DNA of 63,533 nucleotides, counting the filler, from a bacterium (GTDB lineage Bacteria; UBP15; UBA6099; JAJRTR01): the NCBI GenBank assembly GCA_024278215.1. It is 6 parts of 6 records of this genome, joined end to end, with 100 filler letters (N's around TTAATTAATTAA, not from the genome) between each part and the next. Parts side by side here need not be neighbours in the genome. Positions count along the whole stretch, not along the records: positions 9,383 to 20,253 come from JAJRTR010000196.1; 5 more parts are not named here. One strand, 5' to 3'. The translations under genes and the position numbers were made by a program. Below are positions 9,576-20,353 of the stretch, piece after piece. How positions within the stretch are numbered: position 1 is the stretch's first letter; each line of letters starts with the position of its first letter. The notes below the pieces were generated by a model. It was not told the DNA's origin. It searched no databases and saw nothing but the letters and a program-made list of their open reading frames with translations.

Positions 9576-11009
9576 ATGCCGGAACCGAAGCCCTTTTATT
9601 GTGCAGGTGAATGGAAGACAACAAGTGATGTGCTCGATGTCATCAACCCATACAACGGGGAAGTCGCCGGTCGTGTGTGCATGGCGGGAGAGAGCGAGGT
9701 GGAAGAAGCCACAGCCGGTGCAGTCGAGGCATTCGAAGAAACACGCCTGATGCCGGCATGGCGCAGGGAAGAGATACTGCTGAATATATGCGATGAGATA
9801 ATCGGTCGAAAAGAAGAATTCGCGGCGGCGATTTGCTCGGAGAACGGGAAGCCGATATCGGACGCGCGTGTGGAGGTGGAGAGAGCGGCGACGGTTTTCA
9901 AAATAGCCGCCGAGGAGACAAAACGCATCGGCGGCGAGTATCTGCCTATGGACATCGCGCCGGGCGGCGAGTCCCGGCACGCTCTCATCAGGCGTTTCCC
10001 GCTCGGGCCGGTTTTCGGGATAGCGCCGTTCAACTTTCCACTCAATCTCACGGCGCACAAAGTCGCGCCCGCGCTCGCTGCCGGCAATACGATAGTGATC
10101 AAACCCGCATCGTCGACGCCACTTTCTTCGCTTCTGTTCGCGCAGGCGTGCGACAGGGCGGGCGCACTCAAAGGCTCGGTAAGTGTGTTGCCGTGCAGGG
10201 TTCCGATCGCGGAGGCGATGGTGGAAGACGACAGGTTCAAAGCGCTCACATTCACAGGAAGCCCCGCTGTCGGATGGGCGCTGAAGGCTAAATCGGGCCG
10301 CAAAAAAGTGACGCTCGAACTCGGCGGCAACGCGGGATGTATTGTTCATGCCGACGCGGACGTCGATCACGCGGCGACGCGCTGCGCGGCGGGCGCGTTC
10401 GCTTTCTCCGGCCAGGTGTGCATCTCGCTGCAACGAATATTCGTACACAAAGATATATTCGGGGAGTTCGCGGGCAGGTTTGTCGAACTGACAAAAGCGC
10501 TGAAAGTCGGCGACCCGCGCAGGGCCGACACGAACCTTGGTCCCATGATAAACGAGCGGGAAGCGCGCCGGGCAATGCAATGGATCGAGGAAGCGGCGGG
10601 CGCAGGCGCTAAAGTGCTGTGCGGCGGCGAGGCCGACGGCGCGATACTTCACCCGACAGTACTTTCCGACACGAGCGCGGACATGAAAGTGAGCTGCATG
10701 GAGGTTTTAGCGCCGGTCGTCACTCTTACGCAATATGACGATGTATATGAAGCCATAAGCATGGTGGACGATTCGGAATTCGGTCTCCAGGCGGGCATTT
10801 TCACAAATGACGCCCGCATCATCAACAGGGCTTATCGTGACATCGAAGTGGGCGGCCTGATGGTCAACGAAGTGCCCACCTACCGGCTGGACCACATGCC
10901 CTACGGCGGTGTAAAAATGTCCGGCATGGGCCGCGAGGGACTCAAGTATGCCATCGAGGAGATGACCGAGCCTAAAATTATGGTTTATAACGACACGTCT
11001 CTGCTTTGA
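9576..11009 (+). CDS. NAD(P)-dependent aldehyde dehydrogenase
   Basis: PFNFP, FTGS, LELGGN, SGQVCIS, PYGGVKMSGMGREG; start placed after RBS GAGGTG because the longer ORF begins inside repeat A. Confidence 0.95.
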   Translation: MPEPKPFYCAGEWKTTSDVLDVINPYNGEVAGRVCMAGESEVEEATAGAVEAFEETRLMPAWRREEILLNICDEIIGRKEEFAAAICSENGKPISDARVEVERAATVFKIAAEETKRIGGEYLPMDIAPGGESRHALIRRFPLGPVFGIAPFNFPLNLTAHKVAPALAAGNTIVIKPASSTPLSSLLFAQACDRAGALKGSVSVLPCRVPIAEAMVEDDRFKALTFTGSPAVGWALKAKSGRKKVTLELGGNAGCIVHADADVDHAATRCAAGAFAFSGQVCISLQRIFVHKDIFGEFAGRFVELTKALKVGDPRRADTNLGPMINEREARRAMQWIEEAAGAGAKVLCGGEADGAILHPTVLSDTSADMKVSCMEVLAPVVTLTQYDDVYEAISMVDDSEFGLQAGIFTNDARIINRAYRDIEVGGLMVNEVPTYRLDHMPYGGVKMSGMGREGLKYAIEEMTEPKIMVYNDTSLL

Positions 11010-11196
11010 TGACGAACTGTACACGACCGGAACGCGGGCAAATGACGATGTGTTACGGCTCTGTAGCCCGGCTGCGGGGAGCCTTGATAACATACAACAC
11101 ACAGACGGTTTTCGCTTCTATCGGGTAGCCTTCAACTGGTTGCATCATGTGACCTGTATCAGCCGACACTGGCAGCTTGCATATTTGCTTTTGATA

Positions 11197-11240
11197 AATT
11201 TCGTTCGACCTCGCTTCGAACATAATTTTGCAATTGGCTC
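11197..11240 (+). repeat. Repeat family A right-end fragment
   Basis: AATTTCGTTCGACCTCGCTTCGAACATAATTTTGCAATTGGCTC. Confidence 0.8.
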
Positions 11241-11258
11241 TATGGGCTAAAAGCTGAA

Positions 11259-11891
11259 TTATGCCATCGCTTTGTTCCTGCTTTTTGTTATCAGCCTGTA
11301 TAAGAAAAACAGCAATATCACGCCGCCTGCAATGGCTAATGTAAGAATTTTGAAATCCGAACTTTCCAGGTAGCGTATAACCTCGTCGGGCGTTTTGTTC
11401 TTGAGCAGCATGAACGAGATCATGGCGATCAGCATGTAGCGTGTCCCGCGCGCGAATATCGACACGATCATGAACCTGATGAAATGGAGATTGAAAGCAC
11501 CGGCTGAAATGGTGAATACTTTGTAAGGTATAGGCGTGAAAGCGGCGATTCCGATTGCCCAGACGTCATACTTCTGGAACATGGTTTCGACTTTCTGCAA
11601 CTTCTCCTTTTTAAACAACTTTTTAAGGAGCGGCTGCCCCCCGCGCTGCCCGATAAAGTAACCGAAAGCCGCACCCACTACCGAAGCGAATGTTGTAAAA
11701 AGTGTCAGGAATATCACTATCCCGAGCGGCTTGCCTATGGCGAGCAGCGGCAGCAGGAAATCAGGCGGTATAACAAAACAGCACGATTCCGTGAACGAAA
11801 TAATGAATAATGACGCCAGCACGTTGAATGTTATGCCGTTGTTGACACCGTAAAATGTTATCCAGAACGCTATTGTGAAATATTTTTTCAA
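11259..11891 (-). CDS. DedA/YqaA (VTT-domain) membrane protein
   Basis: SFTES..F.IPPD, ASVVGA..GY.IG, FTPIPYKVFTISAG, ARGTRY. Confidence 0.88.
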   Translation of the reverse strand: MKKYFTIAFWITFYGVNNGITFNVLASLFIISFTESCCFVIPPDFLLPLLAIGKPLGIVIFLTLFTTFASVVGAAFGYFIGQRGGQPLLKKLFKKEKLQKVETMFQKYDVWAIGIAAFTPIPYKVFTISAGAFNLHFIRFMIVSIFARGTRYMLIAMISFMLLKNKTPDEVIRYLESSDFKILTLAIAGGVILLFFLYRLITKSRNKAMA

Positions 11892-12253
11892 TTTGGCGTC
11901 TCCTGTATCTTTTGAAAGCCGGTAAGCCGAATCATAATTGCAGGCTGTCCGCGTGTCAATCTCGGCATATTATTCAGGCACGTTTTCAGGCAGCCTGCCT
12001 AGTCTGGGAAACCGGAATCCCGGAAACGAAAAAGACTCGCTATGACACTGATATAGTGCCAACCGGCGGCGCTCCGTTGTTGACATCCGTCGCCCCGGCG
12101 GGCGCGTTTCAATTCCGCGGTTCCGCGCCCTGCTTTGAAAACGTATGTCCGCTATGGTATAATTCGCCGATTCAGACGGGGGCGGCCGGTCGAACTTTTG
12201 TGACGAAACCGCACGAAAATTATGATAAATCCGGACTGATAAAGGATGAATTT

Positions 12254-13408
12254 GTGGAGATAAAAAAGATTGGGATCCTGGGCGCGGGCATCATGGGCGG
12301 CGAGATCGCATATGTAATGGCGCAGGCCGGGCTCGGCGTTGTCATGAAAGACGTCGAACAGCGCTTCCTCGATACGGGAATGGACAGGGTCAGGCAGATA
12401 TTCGCGTTTAAGGTCAAAAGACGCCGCATGTCGCAGGATGATATGGACGCCGCGACCGGCCTTGTCGAAACGACGCTAGACTACGACGCTTTCGCCGACG
12501 TCGATTTCATTATCGAGGCTGTGCCGGAAGAACTCGGACTGAAACAGCGCGTTTTCGCGGAAATAGAGGGGATATGCCGTGGCGACGTTATTATTGCGAG
12601 TAATACGTCGGCCCTGAGCATAACAGAAATCGCCGCCGCCTGCGATAAGCAGAGCAGAGTAGCCGGAATGCACTTTTTCAACCCTGTTTCCATGATGAAA
12701 CTTGTGGAAGTGATACGCGGAAAAGAAACGAGCGGCGAAACGATCGACACCGTATGCGCGCTCTGCGAACAACTGGGCAAAGCGCCCGTCGTTTGCGCGG
12801 ACAGCGCTGGTTTCATCGTAAACCGGCTGCTGTGCGCCGCCATGATGGAAGCCGTCAGATGCGAACGTGAAGGCCTGCTGCAACGCGGCTGGATAGACAA
12901 TGTGCTTGTGAAACCCGCGGCGGGCCTCCCGGTGGGGCTTTTCAGGATGGCCGACCAGCTTGGGATCGACCTGCTGTTCAAAGTGATGAAGATACTCGAG
13001 TCCGCGTTCGGCGAACGTATGGCTGTGCCGCGGGAAATCGCGGAATTATTCGCCGCCGGGCAACTCGGACTGAAAACCGGGCGCGGCTTCTACGACTACA
13101 GCGCCGGGCCACCGCGAAAACCCGGCGGCCCGGAACCGGACGACGATATAAAACGCATTATTGTGTCCCGCGTGCTCGGGGCGGTCGTAGCCGAAGCGCG
13201 TCGGCTTGTGTCGGAAGGCGTTGCAGGTGCGGAAGATGTCGACACGGCGATGAAGTTCGGCGCTTTGTTTAAAAAGCCGCCGTTTAAATATACACTTGAA
13301 GTCGGCGCGGCGGAAATGGACGCGCGCCTTGCAGAATATGCGCTGAAATACGGCGGCGTGTTCGTGCGAAACGGCGAAGATTCCAACGTCACGTCAAATG
13401 GATTATGA
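12254..13408 (+). CDS. 3-hydroxyacyl-CoA dehydrogenase
   Basis: GAGIMG, IEAVPE, SNTS, GMHFFNPV, GFIVNR; GTG start after AAAGGA. Confidence 0.93.
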   Translation: MEIKKIGILGAGIMGGEIAYVMAQAGLGVVMKDVEQRFLDTGMDRVRQIFAFKVKRRRMSQDDMDAATGLVETTLDYDAFADVDFIIEAVPEELGLKQRVFAEIEGICRGDVIIASNTSALSITEIAAACDKQSRVAGMHFFNPVSMMKLVEVIRGKETSGETIDTVCALCEQLGKAPVVCADSAGFIVNRLLCAAMMEAVRCEREGLLQRGWIDNVLVKPAAGLPVGLFRMADQLGIDLLFKVMKILESAFGERMAVPREIAELFAAGQLGLKTGRGFYDYSAGPPRKPGGPEPDDDIKRIIVSRVLGAVVAEARRLVSEGVAGAEDVDTAMKFGALFKKPPFKYTLEVGAAEMDARLAEYALKYGGVFVRNGEDSNVTSNGL

Positions 13409-13442
13409 CGTAACATTATAAAGATAAACGGAGGAAAAACAG

Positions 13443-14621
13443 ATGGAAGATGTTGTAATAGTATCGGCAGTGCGAACCGCCATCGGCACATTCGGCGGAA
13501 TGTACAAGAATGTAACAACGACCGAACTCGGCAGAATCGTCGTCGAAGAAGCGATCAAACGCGCGGGCATCGAAGACAAGAGCATTATCGACGATGTGCT
13601 GTTCGGCAACTGCTTCATGCGGACCGACGAGATCAACGTGGCCCGCAGCATCCTGCTACAGGCGGGAATCCCTTTCACAACGCCCGGCTCGACGATACAG
13701 CGGCAGTGCAGTTCGGGTATGCAGGCCATCGCTTTCGGCATGCAGCAGATACAGACCGGCGAGAACGAGATCGTGGTGGCAGGCGGTGTCGAAAACATGA
13801 CGCGCCTGCCCTACGCGCTATACTCGATGCGCTGGGGCGCCAAGAGCAGGGACGCAGCCGCGGTCGACACTCTGTTCGAGGGGCTCACCGATCCGCTGGA
13901 CGGTTTTCTCATGGGCATCACCGCCGAGAATCTCGCCGCGAAACATGACATATCGCGCGAGGAGCAGGACGAACTCGCCCTCGTCAGCCAGCAGCGAGCC
14001 GTGGCGGCCATCGACGCCGGTAAGTTCAAAGACGAGATCACGCCCGTTTCGGTCCCGCAGAGAAGAAAGGATCCCATAATCTGCGACACCGACGAACACC
14101 CCCGCAGGGACGCAAGCATCGAGATGCTCGCGAAACTCAAACCCGCTTTCAAGAAAGACGGTACAGTAACGGCGGGCAACGCCAGCGGACTCAACGACGC
14201 CGCTTCGTGCGTCGTCATAATGAGCGCCAAAAGAGCCGCCGCGCTCGGTCTCAAACCCATGGCGACGATTACTGCACATGCCGTGGCGGGCGTCGAGCCG
14301 GAACTCATGGGTTATGGCCCGGTGCCGGCCACGAAGAAAGCACTCGCGCGCGTCGGCTACACGCTGGACGACATTGAGATTTTCGAAGTCAACGAGGCCT
14401 TCGCCGCCCAGTATCTCGCATGTGAAAAACTGCTCGGTCTCGACCGCGAAATAACAAACGTCAACGGCAGCGGCATCGCACTCGGCCACCCCGTGGGCTG
14501 CACAGGCAACAGGATCGTCGTCAGCCTGCTCTACGAAATGATCAGGCGGGATGCTAAGAAAGGTTGTGCAACGCTCTGTGTCGGCGGCGGCATGGGCAAG
14601 GCGATGATAATAGAAAGATAG
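13443..14621 (+). CDS. Acetyl-CoA C-acyltransferase (thiolase)
   Basis: CSSGMQA, NEAFAAQ, GHPVG, LCVGGG. Confidence 0.96.
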   Translation: MEDVVIVSAVRTAIGTFGGMYKNVTTTELGRIVVEEAIKRAGIEDKSIIDDVLFGNCFMRTDEINVARSILLQAGIPFTTPGSTIQRQCSSGMQAIAFGMQQIQTGENEIVVAGGVENMTRLPYALYSMRWGAKSRDAAAVDTLFEGLTDPLDGFLMGITAENLAAKHDISREEQDELALVSQQRAVAAIDAGKFKDEITPVSVPQRRKDPIICDTDEHPRRDASIEMLAKLKPAFKKDGTVTAGNASGLNDAASCVVIMSAKRAAALGLKPMATITAHAVAGVEPELMGYGPVPATKKALARVGYTLDDIEIFEVNEAFAAQYLACEKLLGLDREITNVNGSGIALGHPVGCTGNRIVVSLLYEMIRRDAKKGCATLCVGGGMGKAMIIER

Positions 14622-14637
14622 TGCTGAAAACCACTGT

Positions 14638-14662
14638 CCTGACCCGGCATGGCCGGGTCAGG
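14638..14662. terminator. Hairpin between convergent genes, likely a terminator
   Basis: CCTGACCCGGC-ATG-GCCGGGTCAGG perfect 11-bp stem. Confidence 0.5.
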
Positions 14663-14742
14663 TTAAATGGGTGGCAGTATGAAACGTAGACTTTGGATAT
14701 CGGCCATATTCACACAGGATATTGTATCCGGATGTCCGTTTT

Positions 14743-15363
14743 TTACTTTTCTCTTTTGAACAGCGTGTAAATATATGGTCTTGGGTCACCATTCGGGTTT
14801 ATGTATGTATAGTCAAAATGCGAAATAAGTTTGAAAGCCGGCCCCAGCCTCTCTTCGAGTTCTTCAATGGAATACCTGTGGAGAGTCAAACCGGCACATT
14901 TTTCCGCGCCTGTCTTTGAAAATTCGGCAAATATCGCGTGTCCGCCTGTTCTCAATATTGATTTTACATTATTAAAATACCCGACGATATCGTCTTCCTC
15001 TGTAAGGAAATGCAAAACAGCTCTATCAATCCAGATGCCGATATCCGGCAATGTTTTTGTAATCGGTTGCGAGATGTCCCGGCAAAGCGATTCAACGGTC
15101 TTTCCGTTGTCACGCAGTCTGTCTTTAACCCGGTTCAGTGCTTCAGCGCTGATGTCGTTAATGACCAGGCTTGCGCCTCTTGATAGAAGCTCTTCCACCA
15201 GAACCGATGTGCCGACCCCGGGGAGAAATATCACGGATTGCTTCCATTCCGGAATCTGATCCAACAATTCAAGTGTTTGATCCGGATTCTTTTCATACCA
15301 TCCCAGATTTGAATCAGCAGTGTTGCCGAATATTCTGTCCCAGTGTTTTCTGTTCGACGTCAT
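14743..15363 (-). CDS. Class I SAM-dependent methyltransferase
   Basis: HWDRIF...WYE, PGVGTS, NDIS, WIDRAVLHFL, KCAGL. Confidence 0.85.
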   Translation of the reverse strand: MTSNRKHWDRIFGNTADSNLGWYEKNPDQTLELLDQIPEWKQSVIFLPGVGTSVLVEELLSRGASLVINDISAEALNRVKDRLRDNGKTVESLCRDISQPITKTLPDIGIWIDRAVLHFLTEEDDIVGYFNNVKSILRTGGHAIFAEFSKTGAEKCAGLTLHRYSIEELEERLGPAFKLISHFDYTYINPNGDPRPYIYTLFKREK

Positions 15364-15472
15364 AGTTTATCCTTTATCCAACAACAAGATAGTGTATTAT
15401 AGTCTGATATTCCATGGGTGGAGAGCAGTTGTCTGACGCTTTCGACCGTGTCGCCACCCGGATCGATATTCG

Positions 15473-16462
15473 TCATAAAATTCTCGAAATGAATTTGCCG
15501 ATATTGTGGTATGCGTCAATCTTCAGGGATCGCCCGGGCGTTTTCGGTTCACATTCGATCAGAGTCTCGAACCACTCTTCAGGGCGGTCGGAGCGAAGAA
15601 TGCCTTCGAGGTTGAATATGGAAACATCCTCGATGAGTGCAGCCTTCACGGCCTGCATATCAGGTTTGAGTTCTTCGGGGGTTTCGTAATAGGGTTCGTC
15701 GCCGAGTTTGCCGATATATGTTACACCGATAGACACCCCGGCCCGGTCCCACAGGGCTTCCTTCATGTTTCGCATAAGTCGGTAAAGATGCCGGCGCGCG
15801 TCTCTTTCTGTCAGCAGTCCTTTCGAGTAGCCGGTCATCATCGACGTGTAAATCATGAAACTGAACATATCCCAGTTTATCGGCGAGACAGGAGTCTCGA
15901 GCAGGTCCTGAATGCCGATACTGCCTGTCGAGATGTCGGCGGCGGTTATGTCGGCAACAGCAGACAGCACCTTTACACCCCGGCCATGAACAGCTTCCAC
16001 CAGCTTATTGTATTTCGAGACAGCATCGTAGAACCTGCCGCGATTGCGGTTTTCACGCATGAATCTGCCGAGCAGTTTCAACTTTTCCGCAGGGCTCGCC
16101 TTTTTCACACTGTCCATCTGGTAGTGGGGTGGTTCCATATCCACGGCCAGCCATGGGAAACCGACCTTATTCTTATCCGCCCAATCGAAAATCTCTTCGA
16201 TATATGCCGGAAACTCGACAGCAGTACGTTCGCTCGGCCAGTAGCCGAGTTCGTCGGACATCAGGGGCCACAACATGACAGGTGATCCCGCCTGTTCATA
16301 TTCGCCGAGCAACCGGGCATACTCCCTGTTCATGCTCCCCGGCGGGAAAGACATGCCGAGTATCACACCATACTTCCCGAGCAGATTTATTACTTCCTTT
16401 TTTGCCGCTTCCTCCGGCGTAAGATATTCGGCCCATACCCTGATAGTCACAGCGACTCCCAT
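15473..16462 (-). CDS. Hypothetical protein (possible TIM barrel)
   Basis: 329-aa ORF with protein-like composition (LWPL, GYWP, AVDMEPP); no family recognised. Confidence 0.7.
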   Translation of the reverse strand: MGVAVTIRVWAEYLTPEEAAKKEVINLLGKYGVILGMSFPPGSMNREYARLLGEYEQAGSPVMLWPLMSDELGYWPSERTAVEFPAYIEEIFDWADKNKVGFPWLAVDMEPPHYQMDSVKKASPAEKLKLLGRFMRENRNRGRFYDAVSKYNKLVEAVHGRGVKVLSAVADITAADISTGSIGIQDLLETPVSPINWDMFSFMIYTSMMTGYSKGLLTERDARRHLYRLMRNMKEALWDRAGVSIGVTYIGKLGDEPYYETPEELKPDMQAVKAALIEDVSIFNLEGILRSDRPEEWFETLIECEPKTPGRSLKIDAYHNIGKFISRIL

Positions 16463-16545
16463 CGTTATCGTGTTTTTGTCAGTCTCATTGTACTCCGATA
16501 AGTGCGGAGTGTCGTGTCACACTTGTAAAATCGCAAAATGTGCAT

Positions 16546-16637
16546 GGAGCGGTCACCGTCCCGCGCCCGGGGACATTCCTCACGAAAACGGCTTTTACAG
16601 ACACAAGTTGAGGTGGGTTGCGGCGCACCCGCCCTAC
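16546..16637. repeat. Degenerate repeat family D (REP-doublet-like) copy
   Basis: CACAAGTTGAGGTGGG...CCGCCCTAC matches 43680-43771 and 59553-59648. Confidence 0.65.
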
Positions 16638-16675
16638 TCCCGATTTTTGGCCGGCATTGGTGAAATAAGCGGGTT
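16637..16675 (-). repeat. Repeat family C palindrome with extended flank
   Basis: Reverse complement CCCGCTTATTTCACCAATGCCGGCCAAAAATCGGGAG matches the copy starting at 60172. Confidence 0.75.
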
Positions 16676-16908
16676 TACACTAAAACGCGGGAATTTTATT
16701 CCTTCAAGGGAGATTATATAAAACCTTAGCAATTGGCTCGTAAGTAAGTTGGAAATAACAAACATAGCACGGTTACTATTCCGCGCCATGTTCCTTCGTG
16801 CGCAAAATACTTGCTTCCTGTGTTCCAACACGGAGCGTTGAAACGAGAGGAATTGTTATTCTCGCGTCATCTCTGTATCGGCAAGGCAATTCGCGAAGTG
16901 TCGCGAAC

Positions 16909-17193
16909 TTATTCCACGTGATTATTGATGATTTTCGCGAGTTCAAACATCGTGATCTGTTTTTTACCGAAAAGAGGTTCCAATTTCTCATCGGCATTGA
17001 TGTTTCTCTTATTCTCCGGGGCCTGCAGATCGTTTGCTTTGATGTAATCCCACATCTTTTTTACCATTTCAGTGCGCGGAATCGGTTTACTGCCGATTAC
17101 CGCTGCAAGTGTTTCGTCCGGCTGTAGCGGCTTCATGAAAGCTGCATTCGCTTTCCTTTTGGTTTTCTTCTTTGCGGCTTTTTTAGCTGGCAT
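16909..17193 (-). CDS. Stand-alone SWIB/MDM2-domain protein with a Lys/Ala-rich N-terminal tail
   Basis: FMKPLQP..LAAVIG..PRTEMVKKMWDYIK...LQ...NKRNINADEKL...TMFE. Confidence 0.92.
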   Translation of the reverse strand: MPAKKAAKKKTKRKANAAFMKPLQPDETLAAVIGSKPIPRTEMVKKMWDYIKANDLQAPENKRNINADEKLEPLFGKKQITMFELAKIINNHVE

Positions 17194-17220
17194 ATAATCC
17201 TCCCTGGATAATATTCTTAT

Positions 17221-17258
17221 GAACCGATTGCAAAATTCTAATTCTGCGGCGGTCGGCT
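17221..17258 (+). repeat. Repeat family A left-end fragment
   Basis: GAACCGATTGCAAAATTCTAATTCTGCGGCGGTCGGCT. Confidence 0.7.
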
Positions 17259-17919
17259 CTTATGAAGCGGATTTTATCATCCGGCTTCATTGGTGTCAAT
17301 CACTTTTCTAAATAAAATATTTCCCATCTTCCGCAACTTTTATGATTTAGTATATAATCTGCCCGACAAAATGCCTGTTTATTGCTTTTTCCCTATAATA
17401 TTACCGTCTTCAGCATATAATTCATTCCGGATTATACAATAATATATGCATTAATATTAATATATATCATTACCAGATAAGAATAATAAAGCACATTTCA
17501 TCCGGCTCAGGATTCCAGAATTATTGCAGTCTGTGACACCAGGATGAATAAGCGGCATAAATAGTATAAATATAGCATAATGAGAATAATTATTGCCGAA
17601 AATGCGGATAATATATTGATTAAATAAACACAAATAATTACAAATATTGAGGTGCTTTTCGCGTTAAAACAGATGTTTTTCATATTATATTATATTTTAA
17701 GCTATAAAAACACATAATTGAAACAAATTACAACTTCATTGCTGCAGATAGAAAATCTGTTGGTAGTGAATCTGAAATTCGGTGTAAAAGCAGGCTTACT
17801 TGTTGCATTACAGCTATACCTCACCTGGATAAAATACAAATTCACAATGTGTAATGATTATTAATAACATAGCGGGCAGTTTTTCCGGCGGGCTGTCATG
17901 TTGAGAAGCTGTCATGTGA

Positions 17920-20253
17920 TCATTCGAAATAAGCTTTTGTAGCGCCAATGCCGCCGTGGCCGACACTGCAGAATTCGTGGCGGCGGATGAAGGGGCTCGA
18001 GACGAGGTATTCGTGGACGAACCGCATGAGAGCGCCGGTGCCGATGCCGTGAATGATGAGAACTTCTTTCGCGCCAGCGACGTTCAGGTTTTCGATCTCG
18101 CGGTCGAGGACCTCTTTTGCTTCGAGCACCCGCAGGCCATGCAGGTCTATTTCCTTCTTTGCAGTTTCTTTCGCTTTGTCCACGTAGTTTACATAATCTG
18201 CTTTCGAGCGTTTGCGGGGTCGCGGCATAACGGTGCCGGGGACCGTGCCGCCGCCTGGCGGCGCGAGATTGTCGAGTGTCGTGCGGAGCGTGATGTCGCC
18301 AAGCAGCACTTTTACGCGGCCTTTGCGGTCGGGTCCTTCCTGGAACCTGACGGTTGAGTTAGTGTCTTTCATCAGCAACTCCATATCAGGTTTCAGAGTG
18401 GCCGGGTCGAGCGTGTTCGGTTTATGAATGGTTTTCTTCTTTTTAGCCGCGATCTTTTTCCGCGTCTTCTTCACAGCGCCCTTGACAATAGCGGCCTGAG
18501 GGAGGGTGGCGGTTTTCCGGGCGGCGTTCAGGATCAACATGCAGCGGTCTTTTGTTTCCTCGACAACTCTTTCGGCTTCGACGAAAGCCCGGTTCAGGAT
18601 TTCATCGCGATCGCGCTGCGCGCTGCTCGTCACCTGTTCCTGCGCCGCGCGTTCGTGTTCGAGTTTTTTCTTTTCCCTGTCTATAGCCATGCGTTCGGTG
18701 CTGATGAACGATTTCATTTCCTGGAGGTCGGCAAGTAGTTTTTCGGTCATTTTTGTCTGTTTGGAGATGTAAGCGCGAGCGGAGTCGATGATGGAGTCGG
18801 CGAACCCAACCTGCGAAGCGATTTCGAGAGCGTAGCTCTGACCCGGAATGCCGATCTCGACCTGGAACGCGGGACGACCCCGTCGCTCGTCGAAAATCAT
18901 GCGTGCGTTTTCCGCGCCGGGTGTGTCGGCCGCGAAGTTTTTGAGACCGCTGTGATGCGAGGTCGCCATGCAGACCGCGCCGCGGCCCATGAGTTCGATG
19001 AGTATGCCGCAGGCGAGTGCGGCACCTTCCTCGGGGTCTGTGCCCGAGCATATTTCGTCTATCAGCACCAGGCTGCCGCTGTCAGCGTATTCCAGTATCG
19101 CCCGAATCTCCGAAAGGTGGGAAGAAAACGTGCTGAGATTATTCTCGATACTCTGCTCGTCGCCGATAACCGCGAAGATGTTGGTCATGACCGGCAGAGA
19201 AGTGCCCTGGGCGGCGGGCACATGCAGCCCCGTCTGCGCCATGAGCAGGAACAGGCCGATCATTTTCATCGTTACGGTTTTGCCGCCCGCGTTGGGGCCT
19301 GTCAGCAGGAGCGTCTGTATATCGCTGCCGAGTCTGATGTTCACAGGGACGACATCGCCGGTGAGGAGAGGGTGGCGTCCGTTTTTTATCTTTATGCTGC
19401 CGTGATCGTTTATCAGTGGTTCGACAGCGTTCATCTCGATGCTCAGACGGCCGCGCGCGACAAGGCAGTCGAGTTCGCCCAGCGCGTACAGCGAGTCTTC
19501 GATCTCGGAGAAGTGGTCGGAAAGCATCCGGCTGAGGTCGCGTAGAATCTTGAGCACTTCCGCCTTTTCGGAAAGTCGCGCGCGTATCAGGCCGTTGTTT
19601 TCCTCGACGAGTTCGAGTGGTTCGACGAAAGAAGTCGAGCCGGTGGCGGAGCGGTCCTGAAGTATCCACGAACCACGCCCGGCGTGTTCGGACTTGAGAG
19701 GAATGACAAACCTTCCGTTGCGGATCGTCACCACACGATCCTGTACGATGCTATCCATATCGGGGGAGGTGAGCAGTTTGCGAAGTCTGCCGGGGATACG
19801 GCGTTCGAATTCTTTTATCTTTTTACGTGTGCGGGCGAGCGCGGGCGAGGCATTGTCTTTGACGCGGTCGTTTTCGACGTCGACAGCGGCGCTGATGCTG
19901 CGGGCGATGCGTGTGCCGGCGAAGAGGCGGTCGCGGAGTTCTTCGACGCGCGGGTACGCGCCCGGCTCGAGGCGTGCGCCTTTCACGCCGGCTGCGAAGT
20001 CGAGCGATTTCATAAAACCGCCGAGTTCGCGGGGTTCGAGCACGCGACCGCTCTCGAGCTTTACGAGTGCCTCGCGCAGGTCGGGTAGTGCGCCGAAATC
20101 CCAGAGCATCCCCTCGACGTCTATGAAGCGCCGCGCTTCAGTCGTTTCGGCGAGCGCTTCGCGGGTGTCCTCCGGGTTGTCGAAAAGCGGCAAGTCCGCG
20201 ACTGTTTCTTTTCCCCATGCCGAACCGCACAGCCCGGCGATTTTTCGCATCAC
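17920..20253 (-). CDS. mutS2: Endonuclease MutS2 (5' end cut by the spacer)
   Basis: GRHPLL, TGPNAGGKT, LSTFSSH, DEICSGTDPEEG, C-terminal Smr domain DLHG...IIHGIGTG. Confidence 0.95.
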   Translation of the reverse strand: MMRKIAGLCGSAWGKETVADLPLFDNPEDTREALAETTEARRFIDVEGMLWDFGALPDLREALVKLESGRVLEPRELGGFMKSLDFAAGVKGARLEPGAYPRVEELRDRLFAGTRIARSISAAVDVENDRVKDNASPALARTRKKIKEFERRIPGRLRKLLTSPDMDSIVQDRVVTIRNGRFVIPLKSEHAGRGSWILQDRSATGSTSFVEPLELVEENNGLIRARLSEKAEVLKILRDLSRMLSDHFSEIEDSLYALGELDCLVARGRLSIEMNAVEPLINDHGSIKIKNGRHPLLTGDVVPVNIRLGSDIQTLLLTGPNAGGKTVTMKMIGLFLLMAQTGLHVPAAQGTSLPVMTNIFAVIGDEQSIENNLSTFSSHLSEIRAILEYADSGSLVLIDEICSGTDPEEGAALACGILIELMGRGAVCMATSHHSGLKNFAADTPGAENARMIFDERRGRPAFQVEIGIPGQSYALEIASQVGFADSIIDSARAYISKQTKMTEKLLADLQEMKSFISTERMAIDREKKKLEHERAAQEQVTSSAQRDRDEILNRAFVEAERVVEETKDRCMLILNAARKTATLPQAAIVKGAVKKTRKKIAAKKKKTIHKPNTLDPATLKPDMELLMKDTNSTVRFQEGPDRKGRVKVLLGDITLRTTLDNLAPPGGGTVPGTVMPRPRKRSKADYVNYVDKAKETAKKEIDLHGLRVLEAKEVLDREIENLNVAGAKEVLIIHGIGTGALMRFVHEYLVSSPFIRRHEFCSVGHGGIGATKAYFE

Positions 20254-20353
20254 NNNNNNNNNNNNNNNNNNNNNNNNNNNNNNNNNNNNNNNNNNNNTTA
20301 ATTAATTAANNNNNNNNNNNNNNNNNNNNNNNNNNNNNNNNNNNNNNNNNNNN
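20254..20353. other. Artificial contig spacer
   Basis: N-TTAATTAATTAA-N. Confidence 0.98.

Noticed and set aside
13443-14621. Genome-wide TAG reassignment
   Set aside because: The thiolase ends at its expected C-terminus (MIIER) with TAG, and other genes (28140, 29737, 49518) also stop at TAG
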